Assembly: GCA_003614145.1 (NCBI GenBank)
Contig: KZ987738.1
Coordinates: forward strand, 1 to 34,756
Source of the DNA: Piptocephalis cylindrospora
Lineage: Eukaryota
Reading direction: 5' to 3'
Length of the DNA: 34,756 bases
Shown: piece after piece, positions 32,147-34,756 of the stretch
Numbering within the stretch: position 1 is the first letter of the stretch
How the letters are laid out: the number at the start of each line of letters is the position of its first letter
The notes under the pieces: generated by a model
The model's database searches: none
Told to the model about the DNA's origin: nothing
What the model saw: the letters and a program-made list of their open reading frames with translations, nothing else
Position numbers and translations under genes: made by a program

Positions 32147-33478
32147 ATGAGTCAGCCTACTCCCATCAACCTGGATGTGCTCTGTAGGGCAAGGCTCTTT
32201 CCAACCCAGGCTTTGGGTCAAGTGTACCCTAAATCTCGACTTCAAAGTCCCGCGGACCCACGACACCAGGGGAACTTTAGACGATTGGCTTCTGCCCGAC
32301 GAGATGCACGACAAACCCTACTTTTTGCGGATAAGAAGATCCTACGGTCACTTGTTCGACATGGTCGACAGCAACATCGCCAGGCGCTGTATTATCAAAA
32401 GATGCGAGAGGTATGTGGAGGGTGGGAGGACTTGTGTGATGCTGACGCAATGATTTGCGACCTACTCACGTATCTCATGATGATCCTTAGGTGTATAGGA
32501 TGCTGGATCGACTGGAGAAGGCTGATGTGGAAGGCCTGTTAGGCAGCTTGCTCGATATATTCCGCGGGGATCAAGGGTAAATGATGTGGGAATGAATAGA
32601 GAGAAAGAGAGGAAACGTATGACTCATTGTCTTTACTCTCCTGATCTGAATGGGTGATAGGACCAAAGTGGGAGAGTGGCACTATGTCCCCAATCGCACC
32701 CATGTTATGGCAGTGATCATGCGGTTAAAGGTGATTCTACGACTTGTGGACCATCTCACCCATCGGGTTCTTCCTCGAGCAGTAGAGTATGTTCATGGTC
32801 TAGGGAGAAATGGGATGATAGGGTCCTTTTTAAGGAAGAATAGAGCCGTTTAAAGGGCAGGGGGGGAAAGAGGAAAAGGCAATTTCCACACCCTACTCAT
32901 CTTTGCCATCTGATCTAGACACAAGGATGATCTTATTCAGAAATCGCATTTTCTTCACTTGGCCCTCTCCACCACGGCCATTTATGCTAGAATACACGCG
33001 TTGATGAGAGTGTGGAGAGGGAACCTAGAGTCTTGTGTGTCGATGCTTGAGGCCTGGTCTCCTGATTTTCCCGTAAGTAGATTTTATGAGAACGATTGAT
33101 CTGCCAGAGGAGACTAAATCCTCCATTCTGGATCACTGGGTATGGGATAGGAGGATCCACAGTTGGTGGTGATCAAGAAGGATAGAGTGTGTGAGGAAAG
33201 GTAAGGATTAAGTGAGGGGCTTCTGGTCCGGATGGATGAAACATTGACATCATGAGCAGGGATGAGAAAAGCAGAGATGGTAGGGTCCATGATACTCCAA
33301 AAGGATCTGCCCCACCACATGTGGATTATCTGGTCCTAGAAGAGAAGGAAAGCCTTGTACAGGTCGAAGAGGAAGAGGATTTTGGAGGTAGGTGATAATG
33401 ATGGATATTTGAATGCTCACATCAACGCCTTCGGCAGCTCATGCTGGACTTACCCTTATAGAGGTGATTACTCGATGA
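32147..33478 (+). CDS. RNase MRP subunit Rmp1 / NEPRO-like protein. Exons 32147-32410, 32491-32576, 32661-32786, 32919-33072, 33151-33200, 33260-33387, 33462-33478
   Basis: Seven exons splice in frame through GT-AG introns. ILRSLVRHGRQQHRQALYYQKMREVYRML resembles the Rmp1/Nepro-N QHR motif. LIQKSHFLHLALSTTAIYARI resembles the second conserved helix. Ends EEEEDFGEVITR*. Confidence 0.68.
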
Positions 33479-33939
33479 GGAGGAGGATTGTATTATTAGC
33501 AAGGGGCGGTCAGGCTCATCATTTATTTTCTATCGAGGGGACATGCGGGTTTTAAAAAGGATGGATGGGTGTGAAAGATGAATCAGATATATTTCCCCAT
33601 TCTCTCACTCATTCTCTTTGCTCCCCATCCTATCCCGATGATCATGTGCTTGTGTGTGCATGTGTGCATGTGTGTTTATGGGGGCGTGCCACATATACTC
33701 CGATGTCTCCCTCTCCTTTGCGTATCCCGACTGTATTTGGTGCCTGATCAGATTGTCTCTGGGAGATAAGAAGGGTGCGAGGCCTATCCGAGGGACGAGT
33801 CAGGAGGAAATCGTTGAATTGGACTGATCAGATGGATGGAAAGGAGGGGTGAATGAGGAGGAGGAGGGCGAGGGGGAGGGGGGCGATGAAGGTCATTCCA
33901 CCTCCTTACCTTGACGAGTCAGATCCCCATGGGGGACAG

Positions 33940-34616
33940 TTAGCAATGGGTGATGAAGTTTTGGAACTGGGAGTAAAAGGCCCTTTCTGTACATAGTCGA
34001 CCCATCCCCTCCTTTTCCATTTCCTCAGTCATGTTTAGATACTCTTCCAGGACAATACAACTAGCTATTGGATGGCGGAGAGGGGTGTGAGGAGGAGCAC
34101 CGAGCCAAGGAAGGGGACGTCACCCAATGTCTACTTACAGGACTGTAGGATGGGCGGGTAGGAGGGTGGAGGGGCCTGGTACTTGCCAGATTCATCGAGC
34201 ATATGAGAACGATCGGAGGAGAAGAGAGAAAGGTACTCGACGGCGGGGATGACACGGAAGAAACGTTGGAACTTTTCATTGAGACAAACACCGGGCTGAA
34301 AGGTCTGTTGAACATAGGAATGGAAAGTACTTGGGAAGGGCAGGGCACTATCCCTGTCTAGTACCCAAGTTCCCGCCGAGGTCCTAGCCACGAGGAAGAC
34401 ATGATAATCCCAGACGATGAAGCCATCCATGGACTTGCTCGCCTTTTGATGCCACATGGGGACTTTGCGGATGGGATTGGAGACCATGACGACGGAAAGA
34501 GACTGGGAATCCTTTTCGACAAGGCCCTCCTTGATGAGGTATTGAGCGAGAAGGTAGGCGTTCTCCTCGCAGTAATTTGGGGTGTGGTCACACACGTCGG
34601 GGAGAAGGTCATGCAT
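33940..34616 (-). CDS. NTAQ1: Protein N-terminal glutamine amidohydrolase NTAQ1 (WDYHV1). Exons 34616-34139, 34064-33940
   Basis: YCEEN (catalytic Cys), VWDYHV (catalytic His), VLDRDS (catalytic Asp region), LPFP, FSSDRSHM and PPPSYPPI. Spliced tail LEEYLNM...GRLCTERAFYSQF...*. Confidence 0.96.
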
Positions 34617-34756
34617 CTTGGGAGGGATGGGAGAATAGTGGAACAAAGAGAACAGGATGGGAAGGATGGAGGAGGACAAGGGGTGGGTGGGGGACACGAT
34701 ACAAGGGAAAGGGATGACGGGGAGGTGGTTGAGGTGGTGGTAAGACAGGAAGAGGG

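Noticed and set aside
19022..32630. Scattered TGA(C/G)TCA Gcn4/AP-1-like sites (about 19022, 26234, 32148, 32620)
   Set aside because: They fall in coding sequence, introns or 3' regions and are expected by chance in 35 kb.
33940..34064. Suspected frameshift in the last NTAQ1 exon
   Set aside because: Careful reverse-complement reading gives an intact frame (..CTERAFYSQFQNFITHC*).
1..34756. Whole window considered as a functional gene cluster (for example NoxR-ERF4-VPS20 membrane signalling, or the mitochondrial genes)
   Set aside because: Functions are heterogeneous housekeeping roles with no shared pathway or shared motif; ordinary gene order explains it unless synteny shows otherwise.

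Overview
Gene-dense eukaryotic (fungal) genomic DNA with short GT-AG introns (~60-150 nt), pyrimidine-rich 5' leaders and one 54-N assembly gap. The combination of NoxR, animal/plant-type NTAQ1, a Gds1-like winged-helix gene and the intron style suggests an early-diverging fungus, possibly Zoopagomycota such as Piptocephalis (inference only). I manually spliced 15 protein-coding genes: HIT1/ZNHIT3 (5'-truncated), MRPL31, LHS1/GRP170, an orphan probable mitochondrial protein, TFB4, an orphan secreted or surface Pro/Ser-rich repeat protein, importin-beta KAP95, ERF4/GOLGA7, NoxR, RSM24, a winged-helix (HARE-HTH/Gds1-like) nuclear protein, VPS20, ISA2, NOC3, an RMP1/NEPRO-like gene and NTAQ1 (the winged-helix gene is split across two ORFs). 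Most of the window is housekeeping genes. I found no tRNA, rRNA, CRISPR array or transposon ORF, and no clearly novel multi-gene system. The best leads are the +1 frame break at a C7 run in the winged-helix gene, the orphan repeat-rich secreted protein, a recurrent CTCAY branch-point variant, two strong intergenic hairpins, the head-to-head NOC3/RMP1 pair and a probable 3'-UTR intron in NTAQ1. All family calls come from motif recognition; no database search was run.
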